DNA of 64,000 nucleotides from Vicinamibacteria bacterium (GTDB taxonomy: Bacteria > Acidobacteriota > Vicinamibacteria > Marinacidobacterales > Marinacidobacteraceae): NCBI GenBank assembly GCA_965199715.1, contig OZ241322.1:2112001-2176000 (forward strand), read 5' to 3'. Shown here piece after piece: positions 26,989-36,916 of the stretch (its first letter is position 1; every line of letters starts with the position of its first letter). Position numbers and translations under genes: made by a program. The notes under the pieces were generated by a model that was not told the origin of the DNA, did not search any database, and saw only the letters and a list, made by a program, of their open reading frames with translations.

Positions 26989-27977
26989 CAGCACAGCATC
27001 CGGTGGAGAACCGCCTGCTGCGCCCACATCCGGTTCTCGGCCTGCGGCACGACCCGCGAGCGCGGCCCCTCGAGCACCTCGCGGGAGACCACGACGCCGC
27101 GGCGCACCGGCAGGCAGTGGAGGAAGGAGCACGCCTCCCGCGCGTTCTCGAACCAGCTCTCCTCGACGGTCCAGCCGGAGAGCCGACGCCGCAGTTCGAG
27201 GTCCGCCTCGGGGTCGCCGTAGCAGGCGGTCGAGGCCCACGACTTCGCGTACAGCACGCGCGCGCCGTCCATCGCGTCCCGCCGGTCGTCGGTCTCGCGG
27301 ACCGACCCGCCCGACGCCGCCGCGAGCCCCCGCGCCGTCTCCATGATGGACTCGGGCAGCGCGTATCCCTCGGGACGCAGCACCGTGACCTCCATGCCGC
27401 GCATCGCCGCCATGCGAAGCGCGTCCGCCGCGACCGCAAGCGGGAGCGGCCTCGGATGGGTCGCCCAACTGAGCGTGAACTTGTCCCCGACCCCCAGGTC
27501 GTCGAGCGTGAGCCAGTCGGCGACCGCCTGGCACGGATGCCGCGTCGCCGACTCCATGTTCAGGAAGGGCTTCCCTGCGAGCTCCCGGATGCGCTCGAAA
27601 GACGGGTCGGCCAGGTCCTCCTTCAGATCGCGCTGCGCGGCGAAGGCGCGGACGCCGAGCGCGTCGGCGTAGCTGGCCAGCACCGGAATCGCCTCGGCGA
27701 GGTTCTCGGACGGGCCGCCGTCCATGATCGCCGCCGGGTCCATCTCGAGCGGGTGAATGGACCGGTCCGGCGAGAGCACGAAGCACCCGCCGCCGAGCCG
27801 CGCCATGGCCGCCTGGAAGGACGCCTGCGTCCGCAGCGACGGACTCAGGAAGAGGAGTCCGAGCACGCGGCCGCGCAGCGCCTCCGGTTCCGGACGTTCG
27901 CGGAGCCGGCGGGCGAGCGCGGCGATCGCGCGCATCCCCTCGGGGCCCAGGTGCTCCAGCCGGTGGAGTTCCCTCAC
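26988..27977 (-). CDS. argF': N-acyl-ornithine carbamoyltransferase (ArgF'; predicted N-succinyl type)
   Basis: PSLRT, NMES..HPCQ, WATHPRPLP.AV, YAKSW and HCLPVRR are AOTCase/SOTCase signatures. GTG 27977 overlaps the argD stop. Confidence 0.85.
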   Translation of the reverse strand: MRELHRLEHLGPEGMRAIAALARRLRERPEPEALRGRVLGLLFLSPSLRTQASFQAAMARLGGGCFVLSPDRSIHPLEMDPAAIMDGGPSENLAEAIPVLASYADALGVRAFAAQRDLKEDLADPSFERIRELAGKPFLNMESATRHPCQAVADWLTLDDLGVGDKFTLSWATHPRPLPLAVAADALRMAAMRGMEVTVLRPEGYALPESIMETARGLAAASGGSVRETDDRRDAMDGARVLYAKSWASTACYGDPEADLELRRRLSGWTVEESWFENAREACSFLHCLPVRRGVVVSREVLEGPRSRVVPQAENRMWAQQAVLHRMLC

Positions 27978-29110
27978 CGGGCCAGCTCCTCGAGCAGCCG
28001 GTCCACGTGCTCGTCCCGCAGCACGAGCGGCGGGAGCAGCCGCAGCACCGCCGGATCCGTCGAGGTTCCCGCGAAGATCCCCCGCTCGAGCAGCCGGTCG
28101 CGCACCTCGCGCGCCGGGCGGGAGCAGCGGAGCCCGAGCAGGAAGCCCCGCCCCCGCACCGACTCCACGACCCCGCCGGGAGCCTCCGCCCGGATGCGCG
28201 CCGAGAGCCGGTTCACCTCGTCGAGAAGGCCCTCGCGGCGGATGGTCTCGATGACGGCGGAAATGAGCGCGGCGGCGACCGGACCGCCGCCGAACGTCGT
28301 GCCGAGCGATCCGACGGGCAGATCCCCGGCGACCGCCTCGGTCGCGATCACCGCGCCCGCCGGGTACCCCGCCGCGATGGCCTTGGCGGTCGTCAGCAGG
28401 TCGGGCCGCACGTCCGGCCACTCGCAGGCGAACGGCTTGCCAGTGCGGCCCATCCCGCACTGCACCTCGTCGAGGATCAGGAGCGCGCCGGTCCGGTCGC
28501 AGGCGGCGCGCGCCGCGCGGAGGAACTCGTCGGAGAGGACGACCGCGCCGGCCATGCCCTGCACCGGCTCCAGCAGGACCGCGGCGACCCGTTCGTCCAC
28601 CGCGTTCGCGAACGCGTCGGGGTCGTCGCGCGGCACGGTTCGGGTCTCGAAGGGGGTTCGGGGGAACCCGTACCAGCGGTCCGAGCCGGCGGTCGCGGCC
28701 GCAGCTGCCGCCGTTCGCCCGTGGAAGCCGCCGCTCGCGACCGCGACCGCGTCGCGCCCCGGATGGAGGCGGAACGCGAGCCGCAGCGCGTTCTCGTTGG
28801 CCTCCGCGCCGCTGTTCACGAAGAAGACCCGGTCGAGGCCGTCGGGCGCGAAGTCCGCGAGCGCGGCGGCGGCCGCCGCCCGCTCGTCGCTCGGAACCGC
28901 GTTCGTCTGGAAGAAGAGCCGTTCCGCGGCTTCGCGCAACGCGCCCACGACCGCCGGATGCCCGTAGCCGAGCCCGGCCACCGCGTGCCCGCCGTAGAAG
29001 TCGAGGAGCGTCCGCCCGTCGTCGGTCGTGAGCGTGACCCCGTCGCCGCGGACGATCCGAACCGGAAGCTGGGCGTACACCGGGAAGAGATGCGGAGATT
29101 CAGCGGTCAT
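27974..29110 (-). CDS. argD: Acetyl/succinyl-ornithine aminotransferase
   Basis: NSGAEANE, FHGRT, LEPVQG, DEVQCGMGRTG, TAK and GTTFGG. Confidence 0.92.
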   Translation of the reverse strand: MTAESPHLFPVYAQLPVRIVRGDGVTLTTDDGRTLLDFYGGHAVAGLGYGHPAVVGALREAAERLFFQTNAVPSDERAAAAAALADFAPDGLDRVFFVNSGAEANENALRLAFRLHPGRDAVAVASGGFHGRTAAAAAATAGSDRWYGFPRTPFETRTVPRDDPDAFANAVDERVAAVLLEPVQGMAGAVVLSDEFLRAARAACDRTGALLILDEVQCGMGRTGKPFACEWPDVRPDLLTTAKAIAAGYPAGAVIATEAVAGDLPVGSLGTTFGGGPVAAALISAVIETIRREGLLDEVNRLSARIRAEAPGGVVESVRGRGFLLGLRCSRPAREVRDRLLERGIFAGTSTDPAVLRLLPPLVLRDEHVDRLLEELAR

Positions 29111-29111
29111 G

Positions 29112-30149
29112 TCACATCCAGGAGGGGGGCGGCGCGGTCAGGCCCGCGTCGTCGGGGAGGCCGAGGATGCGGTTCATCCACTGCATGCCGCCGCTGGCGG
29201 CCCCCTTGCCGAGGTTGTCCAGAACCGCGAATGCGACCGCCGTGTCCCCCTCGGCGCAAGCGCCGACGACCGCCCCGGCCGCGCCGACGACCTCCTTGAG
29301 CCGCGGGACGGCGGTCGCGCGCACGAGCGGCTTGTCGGCGTAGAACTCGGCGAGGACCGCGCCGGGGTCGGCGCCGTCGCGGCGCCGTGCGAACACGGTG
29401 GCGTGGATGCCCCGCGCGAACGGTCCGGAGTGCGGAACGAAGTGCGTCTTTGCGCCGACGAGGAAGTCCATCTCGGGGGCGTGGCGGTGCGCGAGCGGCT
29501 TGTAGGCGAACAGGTTCGCGTGGCGCTCGGGGTGGTGCGCGTTCGGCTTCGGGGAGCCGCCCGAGCCGGTGCTGCCGGTGATCGCGGCGACCTGGATCGA
29601 GGGGACGATCGCGCCGGCCCCTACGAGCGGACGCGCGGCCAGCGCGACCGCGGTGGCGAAGCAGCCCGGATGGGCGATGCGCTGCGACGGAACGCCCGGG
29701 GCGTGCTCGGGAAGCCCGCAGAAGACCTCGGGGAGAAGCTCCGGGGCGGGGTGGGGGACGCCGTAGATCGCGGCGTAGTCCGCGGCGTCGCGATGCCGGA
29801 AGTCCGCGGAGAGGTCCACGACGGGAACGTCGATCCCGAGCCTCGCCGCGGTCTCGAGGAGGCGCGCGAGCTGCGGCGCCGAGCGGGTGTGCGGGGCCGC
29901 CGAGAAGGCGACGACCCGGTCCGCCTCGCCCGCCGCCCGCCGCAACTCGTCCTCGAGCGCGCCGGCTCCGGCGAAGCGCGTCTCGGCGAACGCGGAGTGA
30001 AGCGTCGGGAACGAAGCGGCGACCGGCTCGCCGGCGTGGCTCGCCGAGACCGCCGCGCCGAGCTCGATCTCGGGGTGCAGCGCGATCCAGCGCAGAAGCT
30101 CCCCGGCCACGTATCCGGACGCGCCGAGCACCACTGCGCGAGCGCTCAT
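29112..30149 (-). CDS. argC: N-acetyl-gamma-glutamyl-phosphate reductase
   Basis: GASGY, DLSADFR, PGCFATA, HRHAPE and DNLGKGA. Confidence 0.94.
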   Translation of the reverse strand: MSARAVVLGASGYVAGELLRWIALHPEIELGAAVSASHAGEPVAASFPTLHSAFAETRFAGAGALEDELRRAAGEADRVVAFSAAPHTRSAPQLARLLETAARLGIDVPVVDLSADFRHRDAADYAAIYGVPHPAPELLPEVFCGLPEHAPGVPSQRIAHPGCFATAVALAARPLVGAGAIVPSIQVAAITGSTGSGGSPKPNAHHPERHANLFAYKPLAHRHAPEMDFLVGAKTHFVPHSGPFARGIHATVFARRRDGADPGAVLAEFYADKPLVRATAVPRLKEVVGAAGAVVGACAEGDTAVAFAVLDNLGKGAASGGMQWMNRILGLPDDAGLTAPPPSWM

Positions 30150-30577
30150 GACCCGCCTACGGCCAGCGCCGTCCGCAGCCGCTTCACGAGGCGCGCCTGC
30201 GCGTCCGCGCTCTCGCTCGCGACGAACACGGTGTCGTCCCCGGCGACCGTGCCGGCGATCTCCGGCCAGCCGGCGCTGTCGAAGGCGTGGCCCGCCCGCT
30301 GCGCCCCGCCGGGAACGGTCCGCACGACGAGGATGTTCGGCCCCGCGGGCACGAAGGAATCCATGAGCGCGGCGAGGTCGTTGAACCGCGGATCGGTCGG
30401 TTCCATGCGGTAGCGGCCCTCGACCTTCCGCGCGCCCAGATCCCGCAGGTCCCGGCTCACGCCCGACTGGGTCGCCGCGAACCCCGCCTCCCGTAACGCC
30501 GCCGCGACCGCCGCCTGGGTCGTCATGCGGCGCTCGGCGAGGAGCGTCCGCAGCGCCTCCCGCCGGGAACCGTTCAT
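30146..30577 (-). CDS. argR: Arginine repressor
   Basis: TQ....L...GF.ATQSGVSRDLRDLG, VVRT.PG.AQ and GTVAGDDT. Confidence 0.92.
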   Translation of the reverse strand: MNGSRREALRTLLAERRMTTQAAVAAALREAGFAATQSGVSRDLRDLGARKVEGRYRMEPTDPRFNDLAALMDSFVPAGPNILVVRTVPGGAQRAGHAFDSAGWPEIAGTVAGDDTVFVASESADAQARLVKRLRTALAVGGS

Positions 30578-31025
30578 TGATTGCATACTATGATGAATAG
30601 TAGCACCCTCCGTGCGCCGGAGGGTCGGCCTGCGAACATGGTTCGGAGACGGCGTTCCCACTCCTCCTGATCCACGACCTCGTAGCGCATGGCTGTGCCC
30701 TTCATCGCCGGCACGAACTCGGCCCAGTCCTTCTTCTTCGCGTGTTCGGAGCAGATGTCGAAGACCGACCGCTTGTAGGTCGTGTCCTCGGACTGCTTCA
30801 GGTGGAGGCCCTTGGTCTCGATCACGAACACCCTGTGGAAGGCGTCCTCGGTATCGGGCTCGTTCGGTCGCAGGGTCGCGATGAAGTCGGCGTAGATGCG
30901 CCCGCGCTTCCAGCCCTGCACGAAGTAGTCCTTGCGCGGCCGGTTTCGGTGTCAGAAGAAGAGCCGCTCCTGTTGATCCAGGTAGGTCGCGACCTTCCGC
31001 TCCAACGAGTTGAGCGCGTCCTCGG
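30574..31025 (-). pseudogene. Type III restriction enzyme Res subunit, C-terminal nuclease remnant
   Basis: LNSLERKVATYLDQQERLFF*HRNR...YFVQGWKRGRIYADFI...VIETKGLHL. In-frame TGA at 30952-30954 where Trp is expected; helicase part absent. Confidence 0.75.
30578..30605 (-). promoter_or_regulatory. AT-rich arg operon promoter patch (-10 TAGTAT; ARG-box-like half sites)
   Basis: TAGTAT lies 7 nt before ATG 30577. ATTCA and ATGCA half-sites are present but without canonical spacing. Confidence 0.4.
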
Positions 31026-31169
31026 GCGTGCCTCGGAAGCCGTCGGCGCGCTGTCCGCGATCGGCGCGTGCCGGTCGCTTCAGGACGCGCTTGGGGGGTC
31101 GTCGCCGGTGCGCGGCCTTCCGCTGGAGGCGTTCGCGCTTCCGGCGGGGGGACTTCCCGAGTTGTTCGA

Positions 31170-31982
31170 ACGGTCGGAAGTCCGCTTCACCCTCGAAGCC
31201 GACCTCGTGGTGGACCGCGAGCGCTACCGCTACCGCGTCGAGCCGAGCATCGAACCGCGGTCGGGAAGGCTCGGCGTGGCCGACGAGTGCGTCGCTCGTT
31301 CCGGCGAGGCCGTGATCGAGCGGTTGGGCGACCGGCTGCGCTTGCGTCCCGGGGGGATCCGCGTTTCTCCGCGCGTGCTGGAACTCGGCCTCGGACACAC
31401 GGTGTTGTCCGACCTGAGTCACTCCGGGAGGGGATACCGCTCCCTTGAGATCGTCAAGAAGGAGCTTGGGGGATGGCGCTCCCACGACCTTGTTCCCGGA
31501 CCGGCCATGCGCAATCCGAGCGGACCCGGCGACGCTTCCGACGTCGGGGCTCATGGGGAGCTTCTCGCGCCGTTCCGGTACCGGCTGCGCGCGGCGGAGC
31601 CCGAGCGCTTCCGGGCCATGCTCCGGACGCTGCGGACCATCGTTCCCGGGGTCGAGTCGGTGGATGTGACGTTGGACGGACGGTCGAGGGCGCGATGCGC
31701 GCGCTCGCGCCGTGCGCGATCGTCGCGAACCCGTGGGGCGGATCCCCGGTCGCTGTCGAGGAGCCGGAGAACGGCGTGCATCCGGGGCGACTCGAAGTGG
31801 TCGTCCAACCGCTCGCTTCGCTCGTGACTCACGCCAACCGCCAGGTGATCGTCACCACCCATTCCCCGCGATTCTGCGAGCTGGCGCTCCGGACCGCGCC
31901 CGACGACGCGGGCGCGTTCCATGTGCAGCGCGTCGGGAGCGCCACGGAAGTGACGTCGGGCGAGGCGAAGGCGAATCGCTGA
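31170..31982 (+). pseudogene. Degenerate AAA_21/ABC-type ATPase remnant
   Basis: Fragments in different frames: FTLEADL..YRYRV, LRTIVPGVESVDV, (S)EGAMRALA, AVEEPENGVHP and QVIVTTHSP. No intact Walker A. Confidence 0.7.
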
Positions 31983-32040
31983 TCGCGGCTCGCAACGCCG
32001 TAGCACCGGCTACCATCGCCCCGACCGGAAGGGGAACAGC

Positions 32041-33144
32041 GTGAAGGACGGCGATGCCGCGTGGGTGGAATTCGAGGGCGTCAGCAAGACGTGGGACGGC
32101 CGGACCATGGTCGTGGACGGCCTCGACCTCGAGGTGCGGCAGGGCGAATTCCTGACCCTGCTCGGTCCGTCGGGCTCCGGCAAGACGACCTGCCTGAACA
32201 TGCTCGCGGGCTTCGAAGCCCCGACGGCGGGCGCGATCCGCATCCGGGGCGTTCCGGTCGAGAACGCCCCGCCCCGGAAGCGCGGCATCGGCATGGTGTT
32301 CCAGAACTACGCGCTCTTCCCCCACCTGACCGTGGGGCAGAACCTCGCCTTCCCGCTGGAGATCCGCAGGGTGGACGCGGCCGACCGGCGCCGACGGGTG
32401 GCGCGGGCGCTGGATCTGGTTCGCCTCGTCGGCTACGAGGACCGCCGGGTCACCCAGCTTTCGGGGGGACAGCAGCAGCGGGTCGCGATCGCCCGGGCGC
32501 TCGTGTTCGAGCCGGACCTCGTGCTCATGGACGAGCCGCTCGGCGCGCTCGACCGTCGCCTCCGGGAGGAGCTCCAGTACGAGATCCGCCGCATCCAGCG
32601 GGCGCTCGGCGTGACCTTCATCTACGTGACCCACGACCAGCAGGAGGCCATGGTCCTCTCCGACCGCGTGGCCGTCTTCGAGGGCGGGCGGCTCCGGCAG
32701 GTGGCCTCGCCGGAGGGCCTCTACGAGGAGCCGACGTGCAGCTTCGTGGCCCGGTTCGTCGGGGAGAACAACCGCATCCCCGGCGTGGTCGAGGGAATCG
32801 ACGGAGCGATCGTCGAGGTGCTGTCCGGCGAGAGCCGCATCCGGGCGCTTCTGGTCGCCCCGCTCGAGGTCGGCGACCGCACCACGCTGTCGATTCGCCC
32901 CGAGCGGATCCGCCTCGCCCCCGAACCGGACCAATTCGCCAACGACTTCAAGGCGGAAGTGCTGGACCTCGCCTTCCTCGGCGATCACCTGCGCGTGCGG
33001 ATGCGCCTCCTCGAATCGGGAGACTTCATCGTCAAGATCCCGAACACGGTCGGGCACGGCGGCGTGGTCCCGGGCGACCGCGTCCGCGTCGGCTGGACCG
33101 CGACCGACTGCCGCGCCCTCGACTTCGAGCCCGAACCGGCGTGA
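32041..33144 (+). CDS. potA: Polyamine-type ABC transporter ATP-binding protein
   Basis: GPSGSGKT, MVFQNYALFPH, LSGGQQQR, LMDEP and a TOBE-like tail. Confidence 0.9.
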   Translation: MKDGDAAWVEFEGVSKTWDGRTMVVDGLDLEVRQGEFLTLLGPSGSGKTTCLNMLAGFEAPTAGAIRIRGVPVENAPPRKRGIGMVFQNYALFPHLTVGQNLAFPLEIRRVDAADRRRRVARALDLVRLVGYEDRRVTQLSGGQQQRVAIARALVFEPDLVLMDEPLGALDRRLREELQYEIRRIQRALGVTFIYVTHDQQEAMVLSDRVAVFEGGRLRQVASPEGLYEEPTCSFVARFVGENNRIPGVVEGIDGAIVEVLSGESRIRALLVAPLEVGDRTTLSIRPERIRLAPEPDQFANDFKAEVLDLAFLGDHLRVRMRLLESGDFIVKIPNTVGHGGVVPGDRVRVGWTATDCRALDFEPEPA

Positions 33145-34184
33145 GGCCCGTTCTCCTTCTCGCCGTCGCGCTCGGCGGCTGCGGCCCCGGCCCCGACCTC
33201 ACCGCCGTCTCGTGGGGCGGCTCCTACGCCCGCGCCGTGAACCGGGCGGTGTACGAGCCGTTCGAGGCCGAGAAGGGCGTCACGCTCGGGCGCGAGGACT
33301 ACAACGGCGGGCTCGCCGAGATCCGCATCCAGGTGGACACCGGCAACATCCACTGGGACGTGATCTCGCTCGAGGCGTTCGACGTCCTGCGCGGCTGCGA
33401 CGAGGGCCTGCTGGAGCCGATCCCGCCCGACCTGCTCGACGACCCCGACGACTTCCTCCCCGGCGCGCTGAAGGAGTGCGCGGTCGGGACCGTCGTGTTC
33501 TCCACGATCTACGCCTTCCACCCGGACGCCTTTTCCGGCGAAAAGCCCTCGACCATCGAGGACTTCTTCGATCTCGAGCGGTTTCCCGGGCGGCGCGGCA
33601 TGCGCCGGACCCCGTCCGTGAACCTCGAGTTCGCGCTCATGGCCGACGGCGCTGCCCCGGAACGGGTGTACGAGGTCCTCGCGACGCCGCAAGGGCGGGA
33701 TCGCGCCTTCGCGAAACTCGACACGATCCGCGACGAGGTGGTCTGGTGGGAGGCCGGCGCCCAGCCGCCGCAGCTTCTCGCCGACGCCGAGGTGGTCATG
33801 TCCACCGCCTACAACGGGCGCATCTTCAACGCCCAGGCGCTCGAGGGCCAGCCCTTCGTCATCGTCTGGGACGGGCAGGTGCTGGACGTGGGGCAGGCGG
33901 GGATCGTCGCCGGCACTCCCAACCTCGAACTCGCCCTCGAGTACCTGCGCTTCGTCACCGATCCCGAGCGGCTCGCCGGGATCTCCGCGCTCATCGCCTA
34001 CGCCCCGTCGCGGCGCTCGGCCACCTCGCTCGTCGGGGACCACGCCGACCTCGGGATCGACATGCTCCCCCACATGCCGACGAACCCGGCGCACCTCGAG
34101 CGCGCCCTGACCTCGGACACGCTCTGGTGGGCGGACAACCTCGACGAACTGAACGAGCGCTTCGCCGCCTGGCTGAACCGATGA
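33141..34184 (+). CDS. ABC substrate-binding lipoprotein (PotD/PotF-like)
   Basis: Lipobox LGGC, VSWGGSY, DFFDLERFPGRRG and AYNGR. Confidence 0.87.
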   Translation: MRPVLLLAVALGGCGPGPDLTAVSWGGSYARAVNRAVYEPFEAEKGVTLGREDYNGGLAEIRIQVDTGNIHWDVISLEAFDVLRGCDEGLLEPIPPDLLDDPDDFLPGALKECAVGTVVFSTIYAFHPDAFSGEKPSTIEDFFDLERFPGRRGMRRTPSVNLEFALMADGAAPERVYEVLATPQGRDRAFAKLDTIRDEVVWWEAGAQPPQLLADAEVVMSTAYNGRIFNAQALEGQPFVIVWDGQVLDVGQAGIVAGTPNLELALEYLRFVTDPERLAGISALIAYAPSRRSATSLVGDHADLGIDMLPHMPTNPAHLERALTSDTLWWADNLDELNERFAAWLNR

Positions 34185-35353
34185 ACCGCGCCCGGCTGCG
34201 GGCCTTCGGGCTCACGCTGCCGCTCCTCGCGTTCATCGGGGTCAGCTTCCTCATGCCGCTCGCGACCATGGTCGCGCGCAGCGTGTACGACCCGGTCGTG
34301 GCCGACGCGCTGCCCGAGACCCTCGCCGCGCTCCGGGAATGGGACGGGAGCGGCGTTCCCGGCGACGCCGCCTTCGCCGCGGCGCTCGCCGAGCTTCGCC
34401 GCGCCCGCTCCGAGCGGACCATCGGCCGGGTCGCCGGGCGGGTCAACCGGGTCGAGAGCGGATCGCGCAGCGTGGTCATCGCCGGCTCCCGCGCCGAGGG
34501 CGGGGACCCGAGAGCCGCGCTTCTCGCCGCCGATCCGACGTGGGGCGAGTCGGCCCACTGGCGCGCGATCCGCGGCGCCGGCGAGCGGTTCACCGTCCGC
34601 AACTACCTGCGCGCGCTGGACCTCGAGCGCCTTCCCGACGGAACCCTCGGCCGCCAGCCGGAGGACCTTCGCATCTACGTCCCGCTGCTGCTGCGCACGC
34701 TGTGGGTGAGCGCGGTCGTCACGCTGCTCTGTCTCGTCCTCGGCTACCCGATCGCCCACCTGATCGCCCACGCCCGGCCGCGCAACGCCCGCATCCTGCT
34801 GTTGCTCGTGCTGGTGCCGTTCTGGACCTCGCTCCTCGTGCGCACCACCGCGTGGATCGTGCTGCTCCAGTCCAACGGGGTCCTGAACGACCTCCTCGTG
34901 CGGTTCGGGATCGTCGGCGACGCGGAGCGGATCGCGATGATCTACAACATGACCGGCACGCTGGTCGCGATGACCCACGTGCTGCTGCCGTTCATGGTGC
35001 TCCCGATGTACTCGGTCATGCGGGGGGTGCCGCCGCACGCGATGCGCGCCGCCCGCTCGCTCGGGGCGACCGGGCTCCAGGCGTTCGTCCGGATCTACTG
35101 GCCGCTGACGCTGCCGGGCGCCGCCGCGGGCGGCCTGCTCGTCTTCATCCTCGCCATCGGCTACTACATCACGCCGGCGCTCGTCGGCGGCAGCAGCGGC
35201 CAGCTCATCTCCAACCTGATCGCCTTCCACATGCAGACCTCGCTCAACTGGGGGCTCGCCGCCGCGCTCGGCGGGATCCTGCTGATCGCGGTGGGAGCGC
35301 TCTACGTCGCATACGACCGCTTCGTCGGCGTCACGAGCCTGCGCCTCGGATAG
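34181..35353 (+). CDS. ABC permease (PotB-like)
   Basis: LVPFWTSLLVR, LPFMVLP, AARSLGA and GYYITPALVGG. Confidence 0.9.
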   Translation: MNRARLRAFGLTLPLLAFIGVSFLMPLATMVARSVYDPVVADALPETLAALREWDGSGVPGDAAFAAALAELRRARSERTIGRVAGRVNRVESGSRSVVIAGSRAEGGDPRAALLAADPTWGESAHWRAIRGAGERFTVRNYLRALDLERLPDGTLGRQPEDLRIYVPLLLRTLWVSAVVTLLCLVLGYPIAHLIAHARPRNARILLLLVLVPFWTSLLVRTTAWIVLLQSNGVLNDLLVRFGIVGDAERIAMIYNMTGTLVAMTHVLLPFMVLPMYSVMRGVPPHAMRAARSLGATGLQAFVRIYWPLTLPGAAAGGLLVFILAIGYYITPALVGGSSGQLISNLIAFHMQTSLNWGLAAALGGILLIAVGALYVAYDRFVGVTSLRLG

Positions 35354-36151
35354 ATGGGACGCCTCCTCTACCTCGGCTGGTGCGCCCTGGTCTTCGTCTT
35401 CCTCGTCGCGCCGATCCTCGTGATCGTGCCGCTCAGCTTCAACGCCGAGCCCTACTTCACGTTCACCCCCGGCATGCTGCGCCTCGACCCGGACGCGTTC
35501 TCGCTCCAGTGGTACCGTGCCCTGTTCGACGGCGGGGAGTGGACCCGCGCGCTCGGAAACAGCCTGCTCATCGGGACGCTCAGCGCGCTCCTCGCCACCG
35601 TCCTCGGAACGCTCGCCGCGCTCGGGCTGAACAGCCCGGCGATGCCCGCCCGCCGCATCGTGGCCGCGCTGCTCATCTCGCCGATGGTGATCCCGGTGAT
35701 CATCGCCGCCGCCGGGATGTTCTTCTTCTACTCGGACGTCGGGCTGACCCAGACCCATCTCGGCCTCGTGCTCGCCCACGCCGCGCTCGGAACCCCCTTC
35801 GTGGTCATCACCGTGACCGCGACGCTGTCGGGATTCGACCGCAACCTGATCCGCGCCGCCGAGAGCCTCGGGGCGGGGCCGGTGGAGGCGTTCCGGCGGG
35901 TGCGGCTGCCGCTGATCGCCCCCGGCGTGCTCTCGGGCGCGTTCTTCGCGTTCGCCGCGTCCTTCGACGAGGTCGTGATCGTGCTGTTCATGGGCGGGCT
36001 CCGCCAGCGGACGATTCCGCGCCAGATGTGGTCGGGCATCCGCGAGGAGATCAACCCGACGATCCTCGCCGCCGCGACCTTCCTGATCGCGTTCGCGCTG
36101 CTCCTGCTCTTCACGGTCGAGTGGCTGCGGGCGCGGACCCGGGAAGCCTGA
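35354..36151 (+). CDS. ABC permease (PotC-like)
   Basis: FSLQWY, AAESLGA and SFDEVV. Confidence 0.9.
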   Translation: MGRLLYLGWCALVFVFLVAPILVIVPLSFNAEPYFTFTPGMLRLDPDAFSLQWYRALFDGGEWTRALGNSLLIGTLSALLATVLGTLAALGLNSPAMPARRIVAALLISPMVIPVIIAAAGMFFFYSDVGLTQTHLGLVLAHAALGTPFVVITVTATLSGFDRNLIRAAESLGAGPVEAFRRVRLPLIAPGVLSGAFFAFAASFDEVVIVLFMGGLRQRTIPRQMWSGIREEINPTILAAATFLIAFALLLLFTVEWLRARTREA

Positions 36152-36916
36152 TCAGCGCAAGTAGATCCGGTCCGGGTCCAGCTCCTCGCGCAGCAGGCGC
36201 AGCGCCTCGGGATCGGGCTGAGCGGTCGCGCCCGGCGAAGCGACGGTCCTGAGCTCCCAGCCGGTCGCGGCGCGGATCTCGCTCAGGGTCACGCCCGGGT
36301 GGATCGACTCGAGGACCATCTCCCGCGACTCGACATCGAATCCGTACACCCCGAGGTCGGTGATGACCCGGCTCGGGCCTCCGCCGGGAATCCCGAGCGC
36401 GGCGCGGCTGGTCCCGCCCTCGGCCCACCCGACGGTCGTGCGGAAGTCCAGCCGGGAAACGAACTTGCGGCGGTCCTGCCGGGCGATCACGACCGTCCGC
36501 CGGGCGTGCCGGGCGATGTCCGGGGCGCCGCCGGCTCCGGGGAGCCGCACCTTCGGCCGAGCGTAGTCGGCTCCCACGACCGTCGTGTTCAGGTTGCCGA
36601 ACCGGTCGATCTGCGCCGCCCCGAGAAAGCCGAGATCGGTGCGTCCGCCCTGGAGGAAGTAGAGGAACGTCTCGGCCATCGGCGTCGTCTGCGCGGCGCC
36701 GGTCACGAGGCAGGGATCGCCGATCGAAATCGGCAGCCGCGCGGGGCGCGCCCCGACCACTCCCGATTCGTAGATCAGGTGCGCGTCCGGCGCGTGCAGG
36801 CGGCGGGCGAGCTGCGCGGCGAGGTTCGGCAGCCCGATCCCCACGAAGACCGCGTCGCCGTCGCGGACCTCGCGGCTCGCGGCGAGGACCATGAGCTCCG
36901 AGCGGGTCGGCTTCAT
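36152..36916 (-). CDS. Family I CoA-transferase beta subunit (GctB/PcaJ-like)
   Basis: VGIGLP, IYESG (catalytic Glu), GAAQIDRFGNLN and RLPGAGG. Confidence 0.88.
   Translation of the reverse strand: MKPTRSELMVLAASREVRDGDAVFVGIGLPNLAAQLARRLHAPDAHLIYESGVVGARPARLPISIGDPCLVTGAAQTTPMAETFLYFLQGGRTDLGFLGAAQIDRFGNLNTTVVGADYARPKVRLPGAGGAPDIARHARRTVVIARQDRRKFVSRLDFRTTVGWAEGGTSRAALGIPGGGPSRVITDLGVYGFDVESREMVLESIHPGVTLSEIRAATGWELRTVASPGATAQPDPEALRLLREELDPDRIYLR

Noticed and set aside
30578-30605. Canonical tandem ARG boxes upstream of argR
   Set aside because: Only half-sites are present and the TGMAT-N4-ATKCA spacing is not met, so it is reported only as a low-confidence regulatory patch.
30952-30954. 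In-frame TGA in the type III Res fragment as possible Sec or Trp recoding
   Set aside because: It sits at an expected Trp in a gene already truncated at its 5' end, and TGA clearly terminates many intact genes in the window. A nonsense mutation is simpler.
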